Origin: Promethearchaeota archaeon
GTDB taxonomy: Archaea > Asgardarchaeota > Lokiarchaeia > Sigyniarchaeales > SOKP01
Direction: 5' to 3'
NCBI GenBank assembly: GCA_019057865.1
Contig: JAHLWP010000029.1
Coordinates: forward strand, 1 to 55,598
Length of the DNA stretch: 55,598 nt
Part shown: one piece after another, positions 21,183 to 32,393 of the stretch
Position numbering within the stretch: the first letter of the stretch is position 1
Layout: the number at the start of each line of letters is the position of its first letter
The notes under the pieces: model-generated
Told to the model about the DNA's origin: nothing
The model's input: only the letters and a program-made list of their open reading frames with translations
Database searches by the model: none
Program-made: the position numbers and the translations under genes

Positions 21183-22463
21183 TTAGAGATCTTTAATTCT
21201 ATAAGCTTCTAAAGCAGCATCAATTATTTTTGAAGCTATGTATCGTTTGGTATTTTTTTCAACATGAGTTATATGTTTTAATTTATCAATAATAAAAACT
21301 TCATTATCCTTACTTGCAAAACCGACATCATCTCTTCCAATGTCATTTGCAACAATCATATCAATCTCTGATTTTTTGAGGCGTTCGTATGCACGATTTA
21401 TTAATTCACTTTTTGAAACATTAGTCTCTGCTTTAAATCCCACTATGAATAGGTTATAATCTTTCCTTCTAGCAACGTCAATAATTTTTGGTGTCAACAT
21501 CATATTTATTTGTAAGCTTTGAACATTATCAGATGATATTTTACCTTCAATACATTCTACTGGTTTATAATCACTAATAGCAGCAGCAGATATGAAAAAA
21601 TCATAACTATTATAAGCTAACTCATCTTTAACTGTTTTTATAAAATCTTCTGTAGAAACCACGTGAAGTGTTTTAATGTATTCTGGAATTTTTACCATAC
21701 ATTTCCCAGCTATTAATAGGATATCAGCTCCCCGTGCAGATGCCTCCTTGGCTAATTCAATTCCCATACGTCCAGAAGATCTATTTGATACGAACCGAAC
21801 CGAATCTATTGCTTCTCTGGTAGGTCCTGCTGTAATCAAGACTTTCTTTCCTTCAAGATCTTTTTTAGCTACTAATAAATCAATTACTCGATCAATTACA
21901 TCGTCAATTTTAGCTATTTTTGCTTTTCCTTCAGAGATCCTTGGAGCTAATATATCTATACCTGCCTTTCTTAATTTTTTTTCATTTTTTGCCAAAAATG
22001 GGTGGTTATACATGCTTTCATGCATAGCTGGAACAATAACAATTGGTAAGGATGAACCAAAAGCTGTAGAAACCACTGTTGTTACTGGTGTATCATCAAT
22101 CCCACTTGCTATTTTTGAGATAGTATTTGCAGTTGCAGGACATACTAAAATTAAATCTGCTTTTCCTACACCTCTAGGTCTTTCTCCTGCTAAATATACA
22201 TGTTCTACTGCGCCAGTCAATCGGGCTATTACTGGATTACCTGTCGCCCATTCCATTAAAGTGGGATTTATTAATTCTGCAGCAGCTTTAGACATAACAC
22301 AAATTACTTCAGCACCAAGTCTCATGAGTTGTCTTGCAATAATTGGAGCTGAAATAACTGCTACAGAACCTGTTAAACACAGACAGATCGTTTTTCCTCG
22401 GAGAATAGTGCCTTTGCTTTCAACGATGTCTTTTGATGGGTGCTGGAAATTACTGTTTTTCAT
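21183..22463 (-). CDS. coaBC: Bifunctional phosphopantothenoylcysteine decarboxylase/synthetase
   Basis: TGSVA, PATANT, PAMH, ITAGPTRE.ID.VRF.SN.SSGRMG and GFKAE motifs. Confidence 0.95.
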   Translation of the reverse strand: MKNSNFQHPSKDIVESKGTILRGKTICLCLTGSVAVISAPIIARQLMRLGAEVICVMSKAAAELINPTLMEWATGNPVIARLTGAVEHVYLAGERPRGVGKADLILVCPATANTISKIASGIDDTPVTTVVSTAFGSSLPIVIVPAMHESMYNHPFLAKNEKKLRKAGIDILAPRISEGKAKIAKIDDVIDRVIDLLVAKKDLEGKKVLITAGPTREAIDSVRFVSNRSSGRMGIELAKEASARGADILLIAGKCMVKIPEYIKTLHVVSTEDFIKTVKDELAYNSYDFFISAAAISDYKPVECIEGKISSDNVQSLQINMMLTPKIIDVARRKDYNLFIVGFKAETNVSKSELINRAYERLKKSEIDMIVANDIGRDDVGFASKDNEVFIIDKLKHITHVEKNTKRYIASKIIDAALEAYRIKDL

Positions 22464-22638
22464 ATGCTAATTTTTTTATTTGTTTAATATCACTTAAACT
22501 TTCAGATTGTATCTAATATAAACCTATGCATAATATATAAATTATGATATAAAAAGATCAGTCATTTCAATTCACTTCAGTTTAAATCTAAAATCTAACA
22601 GATATATTTTAAAAAAAAATATTGATATTACCAATCTT

Positions 22639-24984
22639 TTATTTTTCATTCTTTATATTTAATTTTAATTTTTTGGCATATTCAATAAATTGGTTGAATT
22701 TATCTGGCTTAAAAATTATTTTACCTTCCATATTTAAGATTTTTAAAAATTTTTTCCCATAATACGTTTTACTAATTTCTGAGACATCATGCAGTTTCTC
22801 TTTCTTATGATATAGTTGAATAATTTTTGAAGATTCAAATTCTTCTTTTCTAATTTTAATGATTTCATTAGAATACTTAAAAAAGGGAGTGTTTCTCAAC
22901 TTTTTCAAATTAAAAATTATAGTACTACCAATTTCTCTTTTATCCAAAAAAAAATTTATGTGAGTGTGGGTCTTATTCAAAAATTTTGATTTAAATTCTT
23001 CTAATTTAATATCTTCATCAAGTAATTTCTTTATTAATTCAGGATAAGGTAAATCTAATCCTGCTAATTCATTGGTTAAATTCAATAAGATTAAGATTTG
23101 ATTAGATTTTATCTCATAATTTGTTTTTAATTCTTTAAAAACATATTCTTTTTCTTTATTAATAAAATTAAATAAAAATTCTTTGAAATCTTTGATAAAT
23201 TGATTATAATTTGGTATAAATAGTTTATTTGGATTATTAAATACAATATCAATAGCATGAAAGGGACTAATTTCTTTATTTAAAACATTTTTAACGAGAG
23301 AGAGGGGATAATATCCTTCTATAAAAGGCATTCCCCTGGAAACGCTTTTAATTGCATCTTTAAATGAACATTTTGTAATTATATTAATGGTTTTAATAAT
23401 ATTGCCCTCAATTTTAGTGGGAGTTTTTTTACAATAACAAAGATCAAACGGTTTTAAATCGTGAAATAACGGATTATTTTGATCTGGTATAATAATTTGA
23501 TTCCCATAAGCATTTACAATACTTCCTTGAATTGGTTTACTTGCTAAATCCCATTCTATTATCATTACATCATTTGAGTATTTCTGGTCAATATCATAGC
23601 CATAATCTATACTTTTAGTTAATAAAGAAAATCCATTGAGTGATTTTATTTCATACTTATCTATTTCTCCCCAAAATTGTTCTCTATAATAGTTTACGTC
23701 TGGAAGATTACTTAGATCGTCCAAAAATAATTCTTTTATAATAAAATAATTAATCCCAATTTCTGAAGATTTTATAATTTGTTCATTTATTCCAGAAAAT
23801 CCTATTCGAGAAATTATATAATAATACACTGGATTTTTTAAATTATCATCGTCGTGAGTAACTCTATATGTGTTTCTTATTTTTCTGAATTCGCCTTTAG
23901 ATCTCTTAATATTGTATTTTTCTATTAAAAGCTTTAAATATGCGAATTTTTTTATATATACTTTTTTCTCTAATTCTTTTATTTCCTCCTTATATTTTTT
24001 ATATTCATCGTAGAATTTTTCTTTAAGAATATTGATAATTTTAAATTGTTCCTTTAATAATTTCAATTTTTCAATAACACAAAAATTATCAATTTCGGAG
24101 AAAAAATAACTTAGTAAACTCTCTCTTAAAGAATCAAGTTGATCTTGTGTAGGTATTGTATTAAAACTAGGATCTATTTTTATTAGATTATCAAGATTTC
24201 TTTTTATGAAATATATTGAAAAATATTTATCATTAAAATTTGTACTATTAACTAGATTTTTTAACTGATTTCTGAAGGGTAATTCATATAAAATTCTGTT
24301 AAATTCTAAAATTTTATCTATAGATTCAATAATTCTTAGTAGATTAAAAAAAGAATAATCAGAAATGCAAATCATAAATCGTTTAAATCCTTTTTCTAAA
24401 TAATCGGTATGCGTGATAAAAAACGTTGCTATTTCATTTTCATAACTATATCTTAAAAATTCAAAGAATTCGATGAATAAATTATTTTCAATCGAATTTA
24501 TTAAATAACTTTCAATGATTTCTTCGCTTTCAAATTGGTTGATAATTGCTTTATTTAGGTAACTTAAAGCTTCAACACAATTATTACTTTCAAAACAAGT
24601 ATTTGCTAGTAATAAATAATTTTTACTTTTTTTTTTTGATCCAAAATCTTCTGAAGTTAATAAGTAGTTTTCTAGATTTTCTAAGATTTTTACAGCAAGT
24701 GAATTCTTAATGATCATTAGTAGTTTTATTAAATGAACACACACTTTTTCACTTCTTTCAGAATGGATAAGAAATAAAGGGCAATCATGAAAAATTTCAC
24801 CATTTTTCTCATCAATAATAAGGTGGAATTCTCTTTCATTATCTAGAACTATACTCCTTATTTTGATTGGCTCTTCCCTTAAATAAATAATGTTAATTTT
24901 ATTATTTGGAAAATTGAATGATTTTTTGTATAATTTTTCCCCGAACTCGTTGATTATTTTCTTTGAAAGAGATGAAGTTGTCAT
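22639..24984 (-). CDS. Hypothetical protein with N-terminal SWIM-like Zn finger
   Basis: FHDCP...KVCVHL pattern; follows the MoxR-vWA genes. Confidence 0.65.
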   Translation of the reverse strand: MTTSSLSKKIINEFGEKLYKKSFNFPNNKINIIYLREEPIKIRSIVLDNEREFHLIIDEKNGEIFHDCPLFLIHSERSEKVCVHLIKLLMIIKNSLAVKILENLENYLLTSEDFGSKKKSKNYLLLANTCFESNNCVEALSYLNKAIINQFESEEIIESYLINSIENNLFIEFFEFLRYSYENEIATFFITHTDYLEKGFKRFMICISDYSFFNLLRIIESIDKILEFNRILYELPFRNQLKNLVNSTNFNDKYFSIYFIKRNLDNLIKIDPSFNTIPTQDQLDSLRESLLSYFFSEIDNFCVIEKLKLLKEQFKIINILKEKFYDEYKKYKEEIKELEKKVYIKKFAYLKLLIEKYNIKRSKGEFRKIRNTYRVTHDDDNLKNPVYYYIISRIGFSGINEQIIKSSEIGINYFIIKELFLDDLSNLPDVNYYREQFWGEIDKYEIKSLNGFSLLTKSIDYGYDIDQKYSNDVMIIEWDLASKPIQGSIVNAYGNQIIIPDQNNPLFHDLKPFDLCYCKKTPTKIEGNIIKTINIITKCSFKDAIKSVSRGMPFIEGYYPLSLVKNVLNKEISPFHAIDIVFNNPNKLFIPNYNQFIKDFKEFLFNFINKEKEYVFKELKTNYEIKSNQILILLNLTNELAGLDLPYPELIKKLLDEDIKLEEFKSKFLNKTHTHINFFLDKREIGSTIIFNLKKLRNTPFFKYSNEIIKIRKEEFESSKIIQLYHKKEKLHDVSEISKTYYGKKFLKILNMEGKIIFKPDKFNQFIEYAKKLKLNIKNEK

Positions 24985-24990
24985 TTTCTT

Positions 24991-27477
24991 TTAAAATCTT
25001 GAATTTATTATTTCAGAGATTAATCTGGGAAATTCATTATAATCTTTAATGGTTATTAACTGACCCCCGGCTATTTTTACCATTTTTTTAGCTTCTTTAA
25101 GATTATAAGACTCTTCAGGACAAACTAAAATAAAATCAACACCCAATGAACGAAAAGTTCTCAATTCCTCAATAGCTTCTCGAAGATCAAAGATTTCTGC
25201 GTCTGTGAATAGTATATTTAACTTTTCACGTGATTGTGCTGCTTCTTTAAATTGTTTTCTTGCCCAAACCAATGCACTTTGAATTTTTGTCCCTCCCTGC
25301 GCTTTAACGCTTAGTAATTCATCAGCGAGTTTTTCTAGATCTATTTTTTGGGTCATTTCCTTTAAGACATGAGTATTTGATTCAAAAAAAGTGATTGCAA
25401 GCTCGTCCTTACGCAAACCATAACACAACATAGTTATACAGATGCTCATATAAGCTAATTTATCACCGCTCATAGAACCACTTATATCTAATTCAAAACA
25501 AGCGCTTCTAAGACCTTTTGCGGTCTCAAAAACAAAGAAATCATCATACTTTATGTGGTCTAATTCTTTACCCTTCTCTAAAATGTTATATATAGTTTCT
25601 TCTAGATCTATATTTTCAAAATCATCTCCAATTGAATAAGGTCTTACAATATTTATAGGAATAGGTCCTGTTGTTGCGCTTCCTAACCGTGCTCGTGAGT
25701 AATAGATGCCCAAGTCAATTAACATTTTTTTTGCCAATTCTTTAACTTTTTGTTTTGTTTTTTCTGGCAAGTCTCTACGATGAATAAACCATTGTTTAAG
25801 TAAATTTTCTCCACTTCCAGCAGATAAGCAAGAAATCATTTTATATTGTCCTTCTTGACCACCAATTTGGGAAGCTCCTTTTAAAGCTTCACTTAAATTG
25901 AAATGACCTAGAGCACCTAATGCCTCTCTATTATCTGAAGCTAAAGCGCTAGCAATAAGCTCTTTTATCCTTTCATAATTCAATTGATCTTGAATTTGAT
26001 TCATCAAATTACTTAAACGTTGAAAATCAGCTTGATTCTTTTCAACTAATTTCTTTAACAGCTGATAATTTGGTTCTATTAATTCATAAATTTCATCTTC
26101 AGGCATATCAAGTTCTTTTCCAATTCTTTTTATATCCTCTGATTCTGGGTTTAGACCTATTTTTCTTAAAAATTCAGTTACATTTCTTAGTTGAGAAGGT
26201 GTTTCACAAGATTCTAACGTTAATGAAGTTAGGTCTGGGAGTTGTTGAGCCATCTTTTGACTACAATGCATATTTGCACAACTATTCATAAGTTGCAGTA
26301 ATTGGTGGGTTAAAGATTTAAATGCCTCAAATTTCTTATTTTCATTTGATGCCTCTGATATTGCATTTTGAAGAGCTTGATTAAAAAGAGAATTCCAAGA
26401 TTTATTTGCAAATGCACTTTTAGTTAAAGTTTCTAAGGAAAGATTCATTTGAGTTTTATTTTGTTCATTGAATTTATCTAATAATGAGGTTCTGAGATTT
26501 GTACCAAAATACTGATCCAATGAGTTAGCTAGATTAAAATTATGTTCAAATGTATTATTTTGTAAAGAGTTACTTAATACGTTTTCTAGATTAAATTTAG
26601 GGGTTTCTCCTAAGTTTTTTGCTGCACTAAATAATTGATCTAAATTATTTATGTGATCTTGAAGTTCATTTTTCAAATTTTGAAGAGTATCTTTTGGAAT
26701 AGCATTAGTCTCATTTAAATATTTTAACGTTTGTAATAAATCCTCTAGATTTCTCGAGTTAAGTAAGTTATTTAAGTCCTCAGAAATATTTTGATTGTCA
26801 AGAGCTTTACTTGTAATTTTTTCCCATGAGCGTTTTGATTTTTCTTGTATCAAATCATCCAAGCCTAAAGAATCACCAGCTTTTAAATCTTTAGGATCTA
26901 ACGAATTTATTTTTTGCATTAACCTTTTTTTCGCTTCTTCTAATAATTTATCTAAAGAAGTTATTTCTTCTTTATATAACTCTGAATCATCATTGAAGAA
27001 ATTAAGAGCGGATTTATAGGGCTCTTCATCCCTTTTTTGATTCAACTCATCGAAAAACTGCTCTAATTGTTGGATAACATCTGTGTCAACTGATTTAGTT
27101 AGTTCAATTTCATCAATTAAATCCTGAAGTTGATCTAACTCTGTTTTTAAATCAGGACTTATCAATTCTTCTCCAATTTCATTAATTTTATTTTCATCGA
27201 AAAAGGATTTCATTAAGTTTTTTTTATAATTTGGAAACAGGATCTCAAAAGCAATATCTTTTGCTAATTTTTGATTGTCTGGAAATGAAGTAACTGAACT
27301 AATTTCAATGAAATCATTTGGAGTAACTGATCCCTTACGATAATATCTCGAAACTATTAATTTAGGTATAGATAATACTTGTCTTGAAGATGGAATTTGT
27401 ACAATATCGGGATGTTTCCTCATTCTCCTAATAAATTCAACAGCAAATTCACATGGATTCTCAGGAAAAATCCCCAA
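24991..27477 (-). CDS. vWA-domain protein (CoxE-like MoxR partner)
   Basis: MIDAS DISGSM, GGT and FTD motifs in the C-terminal domain. Confidence 0.85.
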   Translation of the reverse strand: MGIFPENPCEFAVEFIRRMRKHPDIVQIPSSRQVLSIPKLIVSRYYRKGSVTPNDFIEISSVTSFPDNQKLAKDIAFEILFPNYKKNLMKSFFDENKINEIGEELISPDLKTELDQLQDLIDEIELTKSVDTDVIQQLEQFFDELNQKRDEEPYKSALNFFNDDSELYKEEITSLDKLLEEAKKRLMQKINSLDPKDLKAGDSLGLDDLIQEKSKRSWEKITSKALDNQNISEDLNNLLNSRNLEDLLQTLKYLNETNAIPKDTLQNLKNELQDHINNLDQLFSAAKNLGETPKFNLENVLSNSLQNNTFEHNFNLANSLDQYFGTNLRTSLLDKFNEQNKTQMNLSLETLTKSAFANKSWNSLFNQALQNAISEASNENKKFEAFKSLTHQLLQLMNSCANMHCSQKMAQQLPDLTSLTLESCETPSQLRNVTEFLRKIGLNPESEDIKRIGKELDMPEDEIYELIEPNYQLLKKLVEKNQADFQRLSNLMNQIQDQLNYERIKELIASALASDNREALGALGHFNLSEALKGASQIGGQEGQYKMISCLSAGSGENLLKQWFIHRRDLPEKTKQKVKELAKKMLIDLGIYYSRARLGSATTGPIPINIVRPYSIGDDFENIDLEETIYNILEKGKELDHIKYDDFFVFETAKGLRSACFELDISGSMSGDKLAYMSICITMLCYGLRKDELAITFFESNTHVLKEMTQKIDLEKLADELLSVKAQGGTKIQSALVWARKQFKEAAQSREKLNILFTDAEIFDLREAIEELRTFRSLGVDFILVCPEESYNLKEAKKMVKIAGGQLITIKDYNEFPRLISEIINSRF

Positions 27478-27481
27478 ATAT

Positions 27482-28423
27482 TCAACCTCCGAGGGTTTTA
27501 TGAATAATATTTTCTATAATGTTTTCAACTTTTACTCCAGGTTTGGGTTTAATACTTCCTAATAATACGTGTTTGACTATTTCAGAGAGGTAAACATATA
27601 CAGATTCTTTTTCTTCAGCTTTTTTTTCTTTTTCCAAGAGTCTTTTTCTACCTAACATCTTTGCTATAGCAATTCCAGCCCTTATTGATGCTGGAACATC
27701 AATATCAATTTTATTATGTCTTGTTTCTTTAATTATTGAGTATATTAATTCTAATTCAGATTCTTCTATAATGAAATGTTCTGGCAAATTAATCCTAATA
27801 ATATCTAATTCAGTAGATTTATCAGGATAAGTTAATTTAATCCAAATCTTAATTCTATCTTTTAAAGCTTCAGATAATCGATGAGTCCCTGAAAGTTCTT
27901 CAGGGTTCATAGCACATATGAAGAAGAATTCGTTATCGGCTTTAATTCGTCCAAGATGAGGTATACTGATTGAAGCTTCTTCTAAAGGTTCTAATAGAGT
28001 ATTCTGTGAATATTCAGTTGCTCTATTAATTTCATTTGCGAGAAAAGTGCCTCCTTCTAACATTGCATTAAGTAGAGGTCCAGGATTAAATGCTTCTAAT
28101 ACAAAACCTTTTTTCAAAGTGATAGCAGGATCAAATGATCCTATAAAATGTGATGGTTTAATGCTTTCATCCATTGTTAACCAATTAAAAGTTTTTTTTT
28201 TATTTTCTTGAGCTCTTAAACTTGCAAAGTATCTACATAATATGGTTTTCCCTACACCTGGCGGTCCAACAAGCGCTGGAAATAAACTTGTTGCCTCTGC
28301 ATCTCTCAATAATTCAAGTGCTTTACCATATTGTCCTGAAAGAACGATATCAATTTGTTCTTCAGAAATATCTTTGATAAGTCGTTGATTGAATAATTCC
28401 TCGAATCTTTCTTTATTTATCAT
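27482..28423 (-). CDS. MoxR-family AAA+ ATPase
   Basis: GPPGVGKT, NEINRA, MNP...GTHRLSEALKDR. Confidence 0.9.
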   Translation of the reverse strand: MINKERFEELFNQRLIKDISEEQIDIVLSGQYGKALELLRDAEATSLFPALVGPPGVGKTILCRYFASLRAQENKKKTFNWLTMDESIKPSHFIGSFDPAITLKKGFVLEAFNPGPLLNAMLEGGTFLANEINRATEYSQNTLLEPLEEASISIPHLGRIKADNEFFFICAMNPEELSGTHRLSEALKDRIKIWIKLTYPDKSTELDIIRINLPEHFIIEESELELIYSIIKETRHNKIDIDVPASIRAGIAIAKMLGRKRLLEKEKKAEEKESVYVYLSEIVKHVLLGSIKPKPGVKVENIIENIIHKTLGG

Positions 28424-28662
28424 TTTAGATCTTAATTGAATTTTGAAAACATAGATGTTTTTACTACATGAATATTAAGTGTTAGATAATATAAAACTTT
28501 AAAGTTAAATTTAAAAAAGAAAATAACTCAATTTTGTTATTAAATCATTAATTTCCTCTTGTTTTCTTAATATTTTTTTGATTTTTATGCATAAATTTTT
28601 CTTTAAATAGACAGAATAAAAATAATAATTGATCTATAAAAAATAACAGAAAGGATAAAATA

Positions 28663-29286
28663 ATGATAATTAATAATCCTTATATTTCAGAATACGATGA
28701 TGATATTGATTTATATTCGATAGAATGTTATGAGCGAATTAACGAATTATCAAGACAACTACGCTCATTTCTTAACTATAAAAAAGCTGTAATTCAATTT
28801 AGATTTTCAAAATTAAAAAAATCTGATATAACACTTAAGAATAATCCTACTAAGAAATGGGAGGGAAAACTTTCTTCATTAATTCCTCAATATGTATCAA
28901 AATTGAAAATAATAGGTGTAAAAGAAGGAAATGTAGCAGAAAGGATTCTTATTCTCTTAGAAAAAGTTCGGACTCAACCAAAAAGTTATGAAATAAATCT
29001 CTTAAAGGAGATAAGAAATCTTGGAAGTAAAATTTGGGAAATAATCCACGTCCTTTCGGAGTTAGATATTTATTATCAACCCCATTTGTTAAAGGTTGCA
29101 ATTAAAATTGCTGATACATTATGTAGAGCTGAAAGCACCTTTTTTTCAATATTTTCGGATTTTTATAACGAATTAAAACTAAATTACATACAATTAGAAG
29201 AAGAGCTATCTGGATTGCTCCAAACAAATGAGGAACATCAAATCAAACGAGAGAGAAAAAAGGAACGGGTGAAAATAAAAGAATGA
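28663..29286 (+). CDS. Hypothetical protein
   Basis: 207-aa ORF with ATGA overlap to the next gene. Confidence 0.6.
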   Translation: MIINNPYISEYDDDIDLYSIECYERINELSRQLRSFLNYKKAVIQFRFSKLKKSDITLKNNPTKKWEGKLSSLIPQYVSKLKIIGVKEGNVAERILILLEKVRTQPKSYEINLLKEIRNLGSKIWEIIHVLSELDIYYQPHLLKVAIKIADTLCRAESTFFSIFSDFYNELKLNYIQLEEELSGLLQTNEEHQIKRERKKERVKIKE

Positions 29287-31874
29287 CCGACTCATATATA
29301 GAAGTAAGCAGAAAAACTGTTAAAGAAGATCGTGTCGCTATATGCCCATATTTCGGGTGTATGCATCTTGAGAAGGTAAAACCATTAAAATTTGGTTTCA
29401 TCGGACGTCGTAAATATCCAAAATGCTCGAAACACAAGATTTATTTAGTTTTTGTAGATGAATTCATCGGAAACTTTATTCAAGCGATTGAAGCCTGTTT
29501 AAATGATATTTCAGGCCTACCTCCAGATGATTTGATTATAGAAATTAAGAATTATGCCCCCAATAGTCTAGAAGCCTTTATCAATAGTTGGATATATTGT
29601 AATCCTGTAGGAAGAGGAGCCCAAATTGTCTCGCATTACATGGAAGGTTTATCAAGAGGTTACATAAAACTATTAAGTAGAAAACAAAGAAAAGCTATTC
29701 AGCATGGTAGTAACCAAAAAAAGCGCTATGATATATTACGATTTGGATTAAAAAAAATTGCAGATGAATATAGAATTTTTTTACAAAATCTACGTAAAGA
29801 ATCTGAAGAACGACAAAAACAACAGAACTCGTACTTTTTATCAAAGAAAGTGCGAAATATTATTCATACTTGGTTAAATAGCTATTTAAATACAATTCAG
29901 CTCTCAAATGAGAAAGGGAGTAAAGATAAAATACAACCTAAATCTCTTGTAAAACTCAAAGCTGAATATGATAAGATTCTCCACATTGGAACTTGTACAT
30001 TATTAATTGGTAAATCTCCAGAAATAGTAATTAAAGGAATTTCTGCGTTTGAACTTTTCTCAACATATCATGAATTTCTTAAGGCAGGATTATGCAGAAA
30101 TTTAATGGGTGAAGATATACAAAGAGCAATAAAAGTTAATTCTATCAAAGAAGCTGATTTAGAGCGAAAAAGTTTAATCACTCCAGTAGAATTAGAAAGT
30201 ATATCTAATTATATTAAGTTAAATATCAACTCGGAAGATTTTTTATTGTCAGAATCTGAGATTTTAGAGGTTTTAAGTTATTATCTTGAATTAAAGCGTT
30301 CCAAGATAATGTCAAATGATTTTGATCCCGATAAATTTAAACAACAATTAGAATCATTATTGAGTGGTCCGATTGAGAGATTAAATTTGCCTAATGAATT
30401 CTATATTAGACTTGGGGGGAAATTATATGGTCATAGGAAGATTTTTTCAATAAACCAGAAAATAGCACTATTTCTGGGGCAATCTATAAATTATTTGAGA
30501 CTATCCGAAAAAAAAATCAGTTTTTCATCCATAGAAAGTATGAGTCTAAATTTAATTGAAAAGAGGGCACTTTTTCAAGCTTCAGATCAGAAAAATGTTG
30601 AGGACGCACTTAATTTAATGAAAAAATACTCAATATACAGACTTCAGAATGAAAGTGAAATAAGATCCTTATTTTTATCATTATCAAATCTTTTTAAAGA
30701 TGTATTTAAATTGGAAACCTTTAGTGAAAGAGAGTTATCCAGACTTCTATATGGGAATCCTAATAAATTCAGTTCATTTTATGTGACAAATCGTCAAAAT
30801 GAAATCGGAGTATTATTCGAGTTAGAATATAGAATATCAAGATTAATAGAACATTTCAAGGAAGATAAAATTGAAAGTATAGTTAATGAAACGGGATTAA
30901 AATTACTCATATCCAAGTCTAAAACATTAATTAGATTTTATTTACTCGAAAAGGGTTATATCGTACCAAAAGGATGGAGAACCTTTCATTTTCTATGGGA
31001 TATGTCTTATGCTAAAGCTGATGATGTAGACTTAATTAATATGAAGGGGAAAATAAATATCATCTTTCAATTAGAAAGATTCAATCCAATGAGATTAAGA
31101 AAAGGATCTATACTTTCAAGAAATAAAATTGTACATTTTAAAAAAATCGTTAAACAATTTAAAAACACCCAATCTAAAACCAAATTTATGGAAACCTATA
31201 AATTTTATAAGAATTGGATTGGAAATATGCATGAGACGTTAGGAAGGTCGCGATATATAGGTAGATTATCACATGATATAATTGAAAAAGTAGTAGAAAG
31301 ATTTTTACTTGATAAAGATAAGCAAATCCACGTAGAATCTGAAAAAATGATTAATTATCCTCAATCAAAACATCAAATTGATAACATATTTAACTGGGTA
31401 AGAGAATACTTTAAAGAGAATATATTAATCAAATCGAATGTGCAAAATCACTCCCATTTTCCTGCAAAAATTAAGAAAATATGTGTAGATTATACAATAG
31501 TTACTGATCCTAATAATTTAGGTCATGCAGTTAATAAAATTTATAAAAATTATCAAAGTGATGAAAATTATTTACTTATTGTGCTTTATGGACCAATTAA
31601 TGTTATTTCAATACAAGGTATAAAAGATAGTATATTAGAAGCTGATAAGTGTCCGTATAAAGAACATATCAGTATCTTAACCATCCAAGAGTTTATCAAT
31701 TTTATTAGATTAAAGAATAATGCCTTAGTTCACTTAAATAATCTTCAGCAACGAGTAGAAGAGGTAATAAAATCCTATGATTATCTAAAGAAATTTGAGA
31801 ATTTTTATGATAATTTTGATTATGATAATAAAGCGAAATTATTGCAACCAAAAATTACTGATTTCTCAAAATGA
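29283..31874 (+). CDS. Hypothetical protein with N-terminal Cys/His cluster and possible C-terminal restriction-endonuclease-like domain
   Basis: CPYFGC...CSKH at the N-terminus; C-terminal H..IE...ESEK...IDN...VDYT pattern. Confidence 0.6.
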   Translation: MTDSYIEVSRKTVKEDRVAICPYFGCMHLEKVKPLKFGFIGRRKYPKCSKHKIYLVFVDEFIGNFIQAIEACLNDISGLPPDDLIIEIKNYAPNSLEAFINSWIYCNPVGRGAQIVSHYMEGLSRGYIKLLSRKQRKAIQHGSNQKKRYDILRFGLKKIADEYRIFLQNLRKESEERQKQQNSYFLSKKVRNIIHTWLNSYLNTIQLSNEKGSKDKIQPKSLVKLKAEYDKILHIGTCTLLIGKSPEIVIKGISAFELFSTYHEFLKAGLCRNLMGEDIQRAIKVNSIKEADLERKSLITPVELESISNYIKLNINSEDFLLSESEILEVLSYYLELKRSKIMSNDFDPDKFKQQLESLLSGPIERLNLPNEFYIRLGGKLYGHRKIFSINQKIALFLGQSINYLRLSEKKISFSSIESMSLNLIEKRALFQASDQKNVEDALNLMKKYSIYRLQNESEIRSLFLSLSNLFKDVFKLETFSERELSRLLYGNPNKFSSFYVTNRQNEIGVLFELEYRISRLIEHFKEDKIESIVNETGLKLLISKSKTLIRFYLLEKGYIVPKGWRTFHFLWDMSYAKADDVDLINMKGKINIIFQLERFNPMRLRKGSILSRNKIVHFKKIVKQFKNTQSKTKFMETYKFYKNWIGNMHETLGRSRYIGRLSHDIIEKVVERFLLDKDKQIHVESEKMINYPQSKHQIDNIFNWVREYFKENILIKSNVQNHSHFPAKIKKICVDYTIVTDPNNLGHAVNKIYKNYQSDENYLLIVLYGPINVISIQGIKDSILEADKCPYKEHISILTIQEFINFIRLKNNALVHLNNLQQRVEEVIKSYDYLKKFENFYDNFDYDNKAKLLQPKITDFSK

Positions 31875-32210
31875 ACATCTTTAAACAACGAACATAACAG
31901 ACTATCAATACTTAGGCATTCACTAAATGTTTTTGTCGGATCAACACCCAAAGTCAAGGAATTATTAATCCTAGGAGATATTTTTATATATTTTGACGTT
32001 TATACATTAGATAAGGATTCAAAAATTAAATAAATCATTTTTTAATAAAAAACTGGGAAACTCCTATGTTTTTAAAATATAAAAGTTAATTATATTGGTT
32101 AAAGGAAGAAAAAATTATTTCAAAACAATTAATAATAATTGGTGCAATATTTCTAATCATAAAATAACTATGCAAATAACTACATCAAAGATGAAAAACA
32201 AAAAGAAATC

Positions 32211-32393
32211 ATGATAGAGCCTTATTTTAAAGAGAGAGATTTCACTTTATATCTTGGAGATACTTTGGAAATCCTCAATCAGTTTGAAGATACATTGGAA
32301 ATCCTCAATCAATTTGAAGATACATTGGAAATCCTCAATCAATTTGAAGATACAAAATTCGATTTAATTTATTTCTATTTTCAACAGTTTTAG
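32211..32393 (+). pseudogene. Truncated N4/N6 DNA methyltransferase (beta-class, DpnA/M2-like) N-terminus
   Basis: PYFK..FTLYLGDTLEIL...KFDLI ends exactly where DPPY would be expected; contains an internal 30-bp triplication. Confidence 0.7.
32259..32353. repeat. 30-bp tandem repeat x3 (DTLEILNQFE)
   Basis: gatac(t/a)ttggaaatcctcaatca(g/a)tttgaa three times. Confidence 0.9.

Noticed and set aside
21676-22470. 264-aa plus-strand ORF
   Set aside because: Antisense shadow of coaBC; the same applies to the other short ORFs opposite top6A/B, the HEAT gene, valS and the SMC-like genes.
32259-32353. Mini-CRISPR
   Set aside because: 30-bp head-to-tail coding duplication with no spacers and no cas genes.
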